Of a stretch of 64,000 nt of DNA, positions 49,013 through 61,900 are shown in pieces. Source of the stretch: Macrostomum hystrix (lineage: Eukaryota; Animalia; Platyhelminthes); assembly GCA_950097015.1 (NCBI GenBank), contig CATNEN010000038.1, positions 16,492,001 to 16,556,000 of the forward strand, written 5' to 3'. Within the stretch, counting starts at the first letter, position 1; every line of letters starts with the position of its first letter. The notes under the pieces are model-generated. The model saw only the letters and a list, made by a program, of their open reading frames with translations, was not told where the DNA came from and did not search any database. A program made the translations under genes and the position numbers.

Positions 49013-51827
49013 CTTCTCTGCCAAATCCTCTCCTCCCCAATCATCTCTCGGCCACATCCTCTACGCCCCAATTCCTCCTTCCCACAGATCCTTTCCTCCC
49101 AGTTCTTCTAGAATTAAATTGTATGAATCGAAATACAGGACTATGTTCATGAGTTCATGCATTGATTGATTGATTGATTGAGGTTGGCTCGGACAAGATG
49201 CCTGTTAGAGCAAAAAATCGGATTATATCATTCAATTATTGATTGTTTCGAAATTTTACTTGTTTTTACTAAATAAAACAAAACATTACAATATGTAGAA
49301 AAATGTAACTATAGTTATAATTTTACTTATAATTTCTTGCCTAGATTAAATGGAACAACTGCTGATATTGCTATCGACTTAATCTCTTATGTTATTGGCT
49401 TTTGCTAGTATTAAATTTCGATTGGGTTTAGAAAAACTCTTGTAGTGTTCTGCTTTCTCGCAGTCCAGTTATTTGTTTAATTTAGCTTTGGTAGGCCTAT
49501 GCTTTCATGATGATTTATTCGCTTCTTGTACACATGTTATTGTTTAATTAAAAGTGCTAGACTAATACTCTTACATACTTAAATGTTTATCTACTTCATT
49601 TCATGGCATAATTTATTAAAGTTTAGTAAAATTCTATACGTTTTAGTATAGCTATAGCTGATAGCTAAACTAAATTATGACTAACTTTACAACAAAGACA
49701 AAGTGAGAGTGTAGACTGCCTGTATTGCCTGATGATAAGAAAGGCAGGGCAAAATCTATAACCCTTGTGTACCTTCAAATAGTATATGTTTGTGTGTGAA
49801 AGTGCCTGCCCCAGAAGTAGGGGCCTAGCCTAAGCAAAATGGGCTGAATTGTCTCCTTGCAAGCTGTGGGTCTTTTATCACCAATTGATGCGCTAGGGGG
49901 CCTATGGCCTAATTGACCTGCAGCCCTCCTGCATTTATTACATTATTATTAGTCCATCTAAAGCTAAATATTATTATTGATTATATAGGATTGATTTACA
50001 ATTATGCGGCTACAAATATATTGACTAGGCCTAAGGCCACAGTCAAGAGTTATGTTGTTAACAAGTGTAGATGCCTATATTCTATCTAAACCAAACAAAA
50101 ATATAACCATTTAAACCAAATGTAAGTTACAATTTTTGTAGCTTAAATGCCTAAGAATGTTAATATTGTAATTGGTGTAGGTGCCATATTTAATTAATTT
50201 ATTTGAGCCCTTTAAATATTGAAATAGCAAAACTTTTAGTTGTTTTGACCCAGCATAGCTTGCTACTTTGAACCCAACTTTCCCAAGTATAAAATCTTTA
50301 ATTGAAAGTCAAAGTTTTTATTTATATGCAATACGTGAAGTTTAAGATAGGCCTAGCTAGGTCTAATGCTTAAAATAAAATAAAACATTCTATATTGCTG
50401 GTTTATTTTTTATTCCTATCTTTGTTTTTAACAAGATTGTGAGTACAAACCTATAAATGAAATGTGGTGATTTATCATTCATGTATTTGTACAAAACACT
50501 CTAGGCCTATATATACCTTCTTTTCCTTAACTATTTAAATCTTCAGAGTTAGGGTAATGTATCATCAACTGAACAAGAATATGCATTCTTTTAACTTCAA
50601 ACCTAAGCTACAGATTTTCTATTTAAGATATCCTGATAAATCAAAAGCCAAGTTATAGAAAACTGTTTTGTCTCTCTAAATAGTATCTGCTTTTGCAATT
50701 TTGTCAAATAGAAAAAAGTTATTCATATTTTTCATCTAAAACCAAACAATGATTTTCATGTATCTTCAAACCAAACAGAGAATTTGATGTTTGGTTTTAA
50801 AATTTGAGTGAGTGGTTTAATCTTATTTTAAGGAGTGATCTATCATGAATTATCTCATTTGAAAGCATTTTTCATGCTCTATAAATAACTACATTTATGG
50901 TAATTTAATTGGAAAGCAACCACATACAATCTTAGTCTAAAGTACATGCTGAAAAAATTCTGTTAAAAAGTATGCTTTTGTGATAAAAATTTCTACTGAA
51001 ACATCCAAATCTTTCTTTCCTTTTAATGCTTCATTGCATGTCATGCCTTAGCTTGTAAATAATTTCATTGACATTCAAAATAATTGTTCTGTGAAATACA
51101 ATAGCTTGTTTCTGTCTTGCACAAGACCAAGGAAGGAGTCAAATTCTTGTTCAGTTTTGAAGATAAGATACACTGTTCGGTTGATGATACATTACCCTAA
51201 TGCATTTAATATATTGCATGCTAAGTTAAACCATTTAGTTGTGATTGGTTGCTATTTAGGCTACTAATAAATTCTACTGGTATTCTATATCAAAATAGTA
51301 ATAGCACTTTAAACTAAATTTGTTTTTACAATAAGCACTGTAAATCTCATTTTGAAGATCTGGGTCTTGTATAAGTATATTTTTGTCTAAAACTGTTTTT
51401 AAAGTTGTTTGATTATCAACTATAATAATAATATTCTAGAAACTGAAAAGATATTCTGGTTGTAACAAAATGTTTTTTGTACATATAGTAGTTAAATAAC
51501 AGGTTGTAACTGTTTTGCAGTTAGGAAATTTTTTCTTACTATTTTTTGAGTGTTTACATAAATTTGCATTTGAAACTAGTGAAACTAATGTACTATTGTC
51601 TACTTGTAATGGACTCTTAAATTTATGCCAGTTTTATTGTAAAACCTTCTAGGATTGGCTTGTTTAGTAGTTACTAGTCAGGAACAGTACATAGTGAAAC
51701 GAATATATTCAAGTTTTTTGTTTTTTGTAAAGTTTTGTACAATAAAAAAATAAGCCAATTTAGTTAAAAACTCTTAGTATGCAAATCCCATTCTAGAATT
51801 GTATCACATATTCTAATTCTTTCTAGA

Positions 51828-54800
51828 ATGGAGCCACGCTCTAATCAGCAACAGCACCATCGGGCTAACCACCCACCTGCTCTTGCTCCTCGTCCAGCCA
51901 GTGCTAGTCATCATCATCATCACCAGCAGCAGCAGCCTGCTGTGACATCAAACTGTCCCTTGCCACCGGCGCTCACGCCTATCCAGCCATCACCTGCTTG
52001 TGTTCTGCCGCAGCAGCGATCGCATGTGCCCTTCGCCGCGCCATTGTCTGCTTTGCCATATGCGTCCATGGCCTCAATTGCTGCCGCAGCTATGGTAGCT
52101 GCATCGTCTCCACTGCCGCCGCTGCTGCCAAGACCTACGCCGCAGCAACAGCTGCAGCAGCAGCAGACGCCGCCGCCACCGCCGCCGCAGGTACAGCATC
52201 AGCTAGCTCATCATGCTCAGCTTGGCCAATCTCAGACTTTGAATCACCCAGCTTATCAGCAAGTTGCTCAGGCTGCTTCTCTCTGGTCAATGCCGCCCAC
52301 TCTTCGTCCGGCGCCTTGCGTTGCACCGCCAAGGCTTCAGTCGGCTCCGCCGCCGCCTCAGAAGCAGCTACAGCATCCGTCACATCCTCAGCCAATAGCT
52401 GCTAAGCCGTCACCAGTTAGTAGGCAGACAATCGCGGCTCATCAGCAGTCTACGCCGGCAATTATTCAGCCTGCGCATGTTACAAAAACAGTCTACTCAG
52501 ATGTCATCTCGTTGTCGTCGAATTCCAACAATGTTGTTTACGATCTATCAAAAAAGTCTGCTTTAGGCGCTGCCAAGCAGCAGTCGCAGCAATCCAGTGT
52601 TCATCGATTGCCGATATCGCCGCGTCTGCCAGCTGGACCTTCCACTGCCGCTGCTTCTGTAATAACAGCTGTCAACTCTGGACAGGCTTTGCCAGTTTGT
52701 CGGGTGCCTCCTCTGCAGCATCATCAGCAGCAGCAGTCACACCTGAGTCATCACCAGTTGGTGCCTGCCACACAAGAGAGTGCTGCTATGTGCCTTGCTG
52801 CTTCACTACCTCTAGCTGTTACTACCGTGTCATCGGCTGCTCCAATACCGACGGCTGTTGTTCAGCAAAGAAAAACTGTAGTGCCTAATAAACATTTAAT
52901 CGTGCCTTTAGCCTCCGGAACTGGAACTACGCCTTCGGTTGATAATGAGACATTTGGTTCGAAAAAGTTAAGCGCTTTCCGGCCCATTGCGCCGAATAAG
53001 CAGCCTCAACAGCAGCAGCAGCAGCAGCAGCAGAGACCAGTTCCAGTCCAGATGACTGTTATTCAAGAGGTATCACCTAAACAGCATCTTCAGCAGATGC
53101 AGGACCAGGGTTCTAAACAACCACGACAGCAGCAACCGCAGCAGCAGCAGTTGCTAAAGCCTCAGAAAACACTATTTTATGGTCCATCAAAGAATGCAAA
53201 ATGGACTGCTCAGTCTATGATTGACGCCAATCAAATGGAAGTATCGTCTTCGAAAGTATTAAATTATCAGCCGCCGCAGACTGCTCGCGTTTCTTCCTCC
53301 GTCACCAGTTCGCCGCCCTCTCAGTCATCTGCTTCAGTCCCAGTTGTTGTGACAGTCAATTGTGTCTCGCCTTCGATTGTCACCGCGCCGCCTCTAACTA
53401 AACCAAAGTCGCCAGTGCCGACTCCGCCACCACCGCCGCCGCCGCCTCGACCGCCCCCACCGCCACGACCTCCGTCGACTCCAATAGATTTTGACAAAGA
53501 AATTCAGTCTCTGGATCCGCACGCTGATTTGAATGCCAGATTGTGTCGCTCGCCGGTGAGCGTAGGCGAGGACCTAGTCTGGCTTGACGACTGCGGTTAC
53601 CTGCCAGGCACTGGTTTGCGCTTTCGCAAGACCAACGGCATCTTGGAATTATTGGAGGATGATTTTACTGATGAAGACGATTTGCGCAGTCGGCACACTA
53701 GCGCCGATCGAGATTCCAGTGGATCGACCGTTCCAATGGTGATTGACGATCGGCACATGCCAATAGTCAGCCAGCATCCGCATCAGAATGGCTACAGTGG
53801 AGACGAACGCCGATTTGTTTGTCGCAGCTGCGGCTCCGAGGGTCAAATTAGAGGCTCGCTAGACGGAGCCGGGGAATATTGCACCGAGTCCTGTTCAAAA
53901 TTAACGCCTATTAATTCGGCCGCATTTCTTAACCAGGCCGCTAGTCGAAAACGCAAACAAAGCGACGATGGCGGTGGCCCGACAGATCAGCAGCAGCAGC
54001 AAGCCCAAGTGCAGCCTAAGCGAATGCAGATCTGTCAAGTTGATGTTGAACAGGCTGGCCAGTATCACTCGCCTAGCAGTGGCTTCTTGTGGAAGAAGTA
54101 CTTAAAGGACACTTGCAGTCAGGCGGCTCCTGAACGTTTCTTCTCTGCTCATTATCACATAATAACTCGCATGCCGGAATTTGAAGTCGGCATGGTGCTG
54201 GAAGGCATTGATCCCAGTCACGAGTCGCTAATCTGCAGCTTGAGCATCAGTGAAATACAAGGCTGCCGACTAAGACTGCACTTTGAAGGCTACACTGAGC
54301 TGCACGACTTCTGGTGCCGGGCTGATTCACCATTTTTATTCCCAGTCGGTTGGGCCAATCACAATGGCTTCCTATTGCAGCCGCCTAAGGGCTACGAGCC
54401 AGGAAAATTCAATTGGTTCGACTATGTGATAAACAATAAACTGCGAGCCGTACCTAGGTTAGTTTAGTTTTATAATAAATGAAATAAAAGCATGAATGTT
54501 TGGTTTCCTTTGTCTTAAAAAACCTAGGAAATTAAGGTCGAGGGTTAAATCGTTGACGCCAAGAACAATTTTTGTCCTTTAGCTAGACTTTTGACCCTGC
54601 ATTGCTGCAGTAAACAGTATTAGGACCACGGTGGTGTTTCAAATAGCCGCGTTTTTCTCCATATCTCCAAAAACATGCTACCAATCGCCATGAAAATGCA
54701 GAACACGGACTAAAATTTTACGCTTTATCCTATGAAATAATTCCAGAATCACAAAACGTCGTCAAGATATTCAACGATTCTTGTCGGGGTTTCTGGTGAC

Positions 54801-57457
54801 GTAAGCCACCTATATAGGCCTAATTATTTGCTGACAAAATTGCATAATATTAAAATGCCAGCAATTATGGTTGTCTATATTGTATTTAATATAGTCTTAA
54901 ATTTTGTACATTTGCACTAATATAGATTCGCTAAAGAGGTTTACACAGAGCTTAGTTGTCCTTGTCACTAGACACCGGGGTCTCCGACAAAAAACGCTGA
55001 ATATCTCGACGATTCTGACTTGGACGGCTTTGAAAGTTAGTTCATTGTGAAGGACAGAAAATTTTGATTTAAATGGTGAACTTTTACGAAAATCAGTCAT
55101 CCGGACGGACGCCTTCTAGCTTCTCAGTCCATGGGACTTATGGATAATATGTGTAGAGGTCTATATAATCTATATCAATCAACAGTGAAACCCTATGCTC
55201 AACATGAATCCCAATGCAGGTGCCTGTTCTCAGTACCCTGGGATCTTCCCCTATCTGAGCACGGCTTCACCGAGGGCCAAAAACTCGAGGCTGTCGATCC
55301 GCGCAATCCGGATCACATCTGCGTAGCAACTGTTGCCATGGTGATGGGCGACAGACTGTGTCTGCACTTCGACGGCTGGGATAATACGTACGATTTTTGG
55401 ACTAAAGTGGACTCGCCAACTATTCATCCAGTTGGCTGGTGCGAGCAGCACGACAGGGCTCTGTCACTGCCCGAGGAGTGGTGCCGTCAGGTCAGTTAAA
55501 GAAAGTTTGCTAACAAGGCTGCATTAATTTGAGGCAAAAATGATGCCTCTATTTCAAACTCATCTCCTCAGTTTGAGCGGCATCTTCTAGCTATCCTAAT
55601 AGAAGAAAAATATTTAGCCCAGTGGTTGAGCGCTGGACTTGAAGGTCAGGAGTTCGATTCCCGACCCCACTGGACCAATGTGTCCTTTGGCAAGACACTA
55701 AGCTCTATTGCTTTAGTTCACCCAGCTGTTAAATCGGTACTAGCATTAGCTGCGATAGCAGCATTAGTCGGGTGAAGCGTTCCCCCAGTCCATGGACTGA
55801 ACAGCCAGCGTAAGCAGCCTTCAGATTTTGTTACAAAGTTACAAAGACCTTTAAAAAACAATTCATCGCCAGGCATTTACCTGGGATCGTTACCTGGAAA
55901 GCACCTGTTCGGAGCCGGTGATGCCGGCCGCATTTCGTCCCCGGCCGCCAATCCCGTTTAGTCTGGGCATGAAGCTAGAGTTTGTTGATCAGCGCAACAC
56001 TCGCCTAATTCGCATTGGCACAGTGGTGGACGCCAGTCCTTATCCGGGCTTCCTGCAGATCCTACCAGACGGCTGGGGCGAGAAATTCGCATTTGTCACT
56101 TCGGACAGCTCATTGGATCTATTGCCAGTTGGCTATTGTCATCGCACCGGGCATCCGTTAGAGCCCTTGCCAACCTGGCACGACAGCGAAAAATTCACCT
56201 GCCCGACTGTTGGCTGCCGCGGCCTCGGCCACGTCAAAGGCCCCGGCTATAAGAGTCATTCTAGCATTAAGAGCTGCCCGTATGCAGAGCGAAACTGGAA
56301 TAGGGAACTGCCTGACAGGCTGGAGACTGAGGCTCCATTGGCCGAGGAAGGTTTCAATGGCAGCTCTGGTCAGTCTATGCAGCAGCAGGATCAGCAGTGT
56401 CTGGCTAGTCGCAGTGGCAATAACAATGGCAGCAATGCTAATGGAAGTAGATCGGGTGAGTAACTTTTCGTTGTCATCTAAGCGGCTCCGTTTTTATCAA
56501 TCTGAAAAAGCTATGGCTGTTTAAGACATTATTTTTGTTTATAATGTACCAAGGAAGTCATGAGCTGGCATGAGATGACAGATCCGCAATAAGATAAAAG
56601 GCTTATCATTTACAACAAAATGACAATGCTGTCATGACAATCCTGACAGCAGAGTGGGACAATCGGATATCAAGGTGGGACAACTGGGTAACAAGGTGGG
56701 ACAATCGGATATCAAGGTGGGACAACAGGGTAACAAGGTGGGACAATCGGATATCAAGGTTGGACAACTGGGTAACAAGGTGGGACAATCGGATATCAAG
56801 GTTGGACAACTGGGTAACAAGGTGGGACAATCGGATATCAAGGTGGACAACAGGGTAACAAGGTGGGACAATCGGATATCAAGGTTGGACAACAGGGTAT
56901 CAAGGTGGGACAATCGGATATCAGGGTGGGATAATTAGATATCAGGGTGGGATAATTAGATATCAGAGTGGGATAATCTGTTCTCGGATAGCTATATTGA
57001 GCTGTACTAGATCACAGAGCACTCACTATTAAATTCGCACTTCACAGGCAAGCGCTCATCCCAAGGCTATCAGCAGCCGCAGCATCCGCAGCCAGCTCCG
57101 TCGCCAGGCTGTCCATTTTATCGCAGCGTATTCTCTCCCAGCGTATTCCCATACGATCCCTGCAAGGATACGGGACCCCTGGTTTGGCCGGAGCACACCC
57201 AGCTGATTCCGTCTCTAGCCGAAATTCGAGTAGCCGATGTGCCCAATTGGTCAGTAGCCGAGACCAGCGAATTGGTGCGACAACTGCCCGGCTGCGAGCC
57301 TTTCGCCGACGCTTTCATTGTCGAAGAGATTGACGGTGACGCATTTCTTCACCTGCAACAGGTGGATCTTCTCAGCATATTGAAGATGCCATTGGGCCCG
57401 GCTATTAAACTGGCTCAAGCGATCGCCGCTATCAGGGAGTGCCTGGAGTTGGCCTGA
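51828..57457 (+). CDS. L3MBTL: Lethal(3)malignant brain tumor-like chromatin repressor; exons 51828-54457, 55220-55490, 55873-56455, 57048-57457
   Basis: Q/P-rich N-terminus, FCS-like finger (CRSC..YCTESC), three MBT repeats (GMVLEGID, GQKLEAVD, GMKLEFVD with PVGW/PVGY), C2HC finger CPTVGCRGLGH..H..CP, C-terminal SAM (EEIDGDAFLHL..LGPAIK); in-frame GT-AG junctions. Confidence 0.92.
55615..55820 (+). mobile_element. tRNA-derived SINE in L3MBTL intron 2
   Basis: A-box TAGCCCAGTGGTTGAGCG, B-box GAGTTCGATTCCC, GTGTCCTTTGGCAAGACACT, CACCCAGCTGTTAAATCGGTAC, CAGTCCATGGACTG. Confidence 0.82.
56650..56980. repeat. 42-bp (2 x 21) minisatellite in L3MBTL intron 3
   Basis: GTGGGACAATCGGATATCAAGGTTGGACAACTGGGTAACAAG units. 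Confidence 0.94.
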
Positions 57458-58955
57458 TTTATGTCATAATAGTTCACTTTAGTTGTCATTTGGATTGTAG
57501 AAATCGTCTTTTAACAATAGAAGCCATTTGTTATATTGACAATTATTTATCGATTCAAATTCAATACCTAAAACTATGCGCACTTTTTATTTCTCTAAAT
57601 CTCATTCTATGCGATATTGAATTATACTACTGTGAGTAGTTTTTTGGTAGAATATTTTAAGTAAGTTTTGTATAGTCACTCATTAGGCCTTTCAATCTTT
57701 ATGTTGTTCTAATTTTTAAATTATTGAAAAGGTACGTCTTGTAATTAGCTTTTTGTTCCGTGTTTTTATTTAAAATTTATTTTAGCTGGTTGTTGTTTGA
57801 CAGACTAAAACCATATGTGGAGCCACTTCATTGCCTCTAACTTATTGTTCAGTGTTATATTTATATAGGTTTTGTTGCTTGTGTCTCTTCTTGGTCTCTA
57901 GATGTGTCTATCTATATGCGTAAAGTGTTGGCCAATATTCGATTGTTAATACAAGGATAGCATCAGATCAGTGTTATCTGTTATAATATTTCACTCACTT
58001 CAACCTTAATTTATGACGAGAATTAAAATTTTCATTCGCAGCTTTAGTTTAGTCAAGTCACACAATGCCCCATACCGCTGTTATGTTTTGTTTATAGTTT
58101 GTTTCTTTAAAAAAGTGTATCATAAACCGTAAGTATTGATACGTGCTTTATAGTATCTCATCTTCATATTAAAAGCAGTGTTTATATATATCTATCCGCA
58201 TTAATATATAGATATGCTTATTCAATTGTCATTGTCAAACAATGCAAACGACACCCTTGTCAGAACTAAACGCTGAATAAGCTGTTTTTTAGTCAGATGT
58301 AGTGAAAATATTTCAAATATTGCGTTGCTGTCTTAATAAAAACTCAACGAAATTATTTTATTTTGCGTTCATATCCCATAGACGCGAGTTATCTTCTATG
58401 CCGGGTCTGCTTCACGCTGTGATCTCCTTTATCTGCTTTTATTGCACACGAGTCTCAGTTAGAGATATAAAAGGGTAGAAGGTAGAGATTAGATCGTAAA
58501 AGTAAATGGTCAAAAGTGGAGGGTAGAAAGGGAGAATGGTAGATAGGGGAGGGTTAAAATTAAATTTTAGGGGGTAGAAAAGTGGAGTAAGGTGAAATAT
58601 TAAAGGACTAGATGGTAGTAAGGGTAGAATGTTGAGAGGGTAGAAGGTGAGAAAGGGTAGAATGTTGAGAGGGTAGAAGATTGGGAAGGATGGAATGCTG
58701 ACAGGTAGAAGGTGGGCAGGTGTATAATGTTTGGTAAGGTAGAAGGTAGATAAGGCGGAATGTGATATATAATCAAGAGTGGAGTTATAAAAGTTAAAGA
58801 AGGATAAGAGTTAGTCATGGTGAGTATATGAATATTCGCCTATTGTAGTATTGCAAGTGTAGCTAGATTAAGACTTGTTCAGTCGAATAAGGAATAGCTA
58901 TTTTTTAACTTGAGCATAGTAGAAATCGTCTTTCAACGTTTAGACATTCAACGAC

Positions 58956-61900
58956 ATGTCGGGTGACGCTGGAGCCGCTGTTACTGACGCGCCCGGCATT
59001 GCTGCTGGCAGCGACAATTGCGATGACGCGGTCAGCCCTAGTCGCAGTCGAAGCAGTTCAATCAGCTCGTCGGATCCTAGCCGGGCCACGTCGCCAGCTT
59101 CGACAGTAGATGACATCGGCTGTATTCCGGAAGAGCCTGAAGACGAATCGCCCGAGCCTGATGATCGGCTAGTTGATAAGGCGCATCAACAGGATAGTCC
59201 GCCTATTGGGGGCTGCAATGATGTGGAAGAGAAGACAGACAGACCAGAATCTGTTCCTCCGCAAGACGAAGATGTTTCGGGCCAGCCAGATCTGTCAGCT
59301 GGGGTGTCTAATTCTTACTCTTCTTCTAGTTCAACCACGCGCACAGACATGGGCCTTCTGAAGGCCATCCTGCACGATGACGCAATTGGTAACGATGACG
59401 TCATACCGGAAGAGACCAATTCACAGGTTGCCCAGTCGGATGCTGACAATGACGACAAGGAGCAGCCGGATGAGGCTGTAGTAGAAGAGTCTAATCATAA
59501 GCACGGTCATGATGAAGAGGAGGCTAATGTTGAGTCTGCAGTCGCTGCTGATCAACCTGATAACAGCGAAGCGAATCAGGAGGTCAATAATCAGCCGCCT
59601 GATGATCAGGCCGACGAGTGTGTCACAACCGACAAGCCGCCGACACCTGCTAAGCGTAAAAAGAAGCAGACGGTGAAAAAGAACAAAAAGAAACAGCAGC
59701 AGCAACAATTGGGTCCCGTGGCTCCCTGGTCTAGAGCATCGATTAATTCGCTGTCTAGGCCAAGCAAGCAGCAGCAGCAGCAGCAGCCGCTAGCCAGCGA
59801 TCGGTCAACTTCGTTAGGCGCTGGTTCAATTGGCGGTGCTAGTCGCGGTTCGCGCGCTCACTCGGCAATTTCGTCTAAGGAGATGCGCGAAAAATATCGA
59901 CCAGTCAGCAATGAAGAAAAAATGGCCCAACGCCTAAGCGAAATTGACAGCCTTTTAGCCAGAGACTATGCTTACGAGGCCAGACTGGCTTATCAGCGCA
60001 GCGTAGCCGAGTGTCGCCAGGCTTGGCAGAATTACGCCTCCACCGCTAGAATCATGGGTCACGTGACAGACCAGACTACTGAGCCGTCCAATCAGCGGTC
60101 TAGCCGCGCTCAGCTCGGCAATAATGAAGACAGGGCGGCTTCTATTCGACGCAATCATCCGCTAGGTGATCGAGTGGCACCAGAGCTGGATCCTGCTGTG
60201 GTATCGTTTGAATCGGTTAATAACAGCGACAGTCATTCCGGTCCGCAGTATCCGAAGCCGCATCGAAGGAAGCTGGATGATAATCAGCGTCGACCACATG
60301 AGAATGGCGAATTGCAACAAGGCGACAATTTAGAGAATGAACAACCTGTTCAGGTGCTTATTAAATAGCTTTTCTTGCACATGTATTCTAGTCGATCATA
60401 ATCCTTTCTTTCTTAAGGCGAATCCTTACCCTTCCTCAAACCGGTCATTGTTCTTTCTACTTACTCAAATCAGCCATTGCCCTTCCTTACTCAAATCGGT
60501 CATCGCTCTTTCCTTAATCAAATCGATCATTGGCCTTTCCTTACTCAAGTCGGTCATTGTCCTTTCCTTACTCAAGTCGGTCATTGTCCTTTCCTTACTC
60601 AAGTCGGTCATTTTCCTTTCCTTACTCAAGTCGGTCATTGTCCTTTCCTTGCTCAAATCGGCAATTTTCCTTTCGTCCCTTAAATCGGTCATTGTCATTT
60701 GACCGATTTCCTTATTTATATCGATCGTTATACCTTCGTTACTCAAATAGTTAATTGTCCTTTTCTCACTCAAATCAGTCATTGCCATTACTTTAAATCG
60801 GTTATTGCCTTTCCTTACTAAAGTCGGTCATCGTCCTTTCGGCTTACTCAAACTGGTCAATGCCCTTTCCTTACTCAAATCGATCATTGGCCTTTTCTTA
60901 CTCAAATCGTCCATTGTCCTTTCCCTACTCAAGTCGGTCATTTACTTTCCTTACTCAAATCGGTCATTGTCCATTCCTTACTCAAATCGGTCATTGTCCT
61001 TTCCTTACACAAATCGGTCATTGTCCTTTCCTTACTCAAATCGGTCATTGTCCATTCCTTACTCAAATCGGTCATTGTCCTTTCCTTACTCAAATCGGTC
61101 ATTGTCCATTCCTTACTCAAATCGGTCATCGCCCTTTGCTTACTCAAATCAGTCATCGCCATTTGCTTACTCAAATCGGTCATTGTCCATTCCTTACTCA
61201 AATCGGTCATTGTCCTTTCCTTACTCAAATCGGTCATTGTCCATTCCTTACTCAAATCGGTCATCGCCCTTTGCTTACTTAATCGGCCATTTGCATTTTC
61301 TTACTCAAATCGGTCATCACCAGAATGAGCAGCTAAATACTTCTCATAACCTTTTACGTCGCTTAATCCAAACCAATGGCGATAATTTGCTAACGATTAG
61401 TAATAAAATGTAAACTTAATTTAATATTATGATTCCATTCTATATTCGATTTCTGCAGGAACAGGATCATCCTGTAGGTCATGCAGATCAGCAGGAAGAT
61501 GAGCAGAAGCAACAGCAGCAGTTTCACGGCTACAGAGTCGGCGCGCCGCAACGCATGTCCGGCCGGTTCGGTTCGGATCACAAGCTATCGGAGTCCAACA
61601 ATCCCGAGGTTCGAGCCTGGCTACGCGACAAGAATCGCGCCGAGCGGCGCCAGCGCAGAGAAACTCGCGACGTCAAACGACGCGAGATGCAGGCTTTACT
61701 AGACGCCCAGCAGCTGGAAAATGAACGACGACGCGAGGCCGAAGCTGCTTTTCAATACTGGTCAAAGAAGAAGCGTCAACAGGATCAGACCAAGGTGGAC
61801 AAGTCGATCGATAATAATCCCAATGGGAAACGACCGGCTAATGGCCATGAGGTTAGATACTTTTTAACTTTCTTTGTTCTTGCTAAATTTTTTTTAAAAA

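Noticed and set aside
49720-49755. Canonical hammerhead ribozyme at CTGATGA..GAAA
   Set aside because: No stem II and no valid NUH/stem III geometry; kept only as a speculative note under the hairpin repeat finding.
54530-54900. Possible TTAA-flanked (Kolobok/piggyBac-like) MITE in L3MBTL intron 1
   Set aside because: TTAA at both ends but no convincing terminal inverted repeat.
55615-55690. tRNA gene (also near 17.9 and 21.5 kb)
   Set aside because: A and B boxes are present but there is no complete cloverleaf and they run into a shared SINE body.
56606-61413. Periodic ORFs at 56.6-56.9 kb and 60.4-61.4 kb
   Set aside because: Intronic minisatellite translations.
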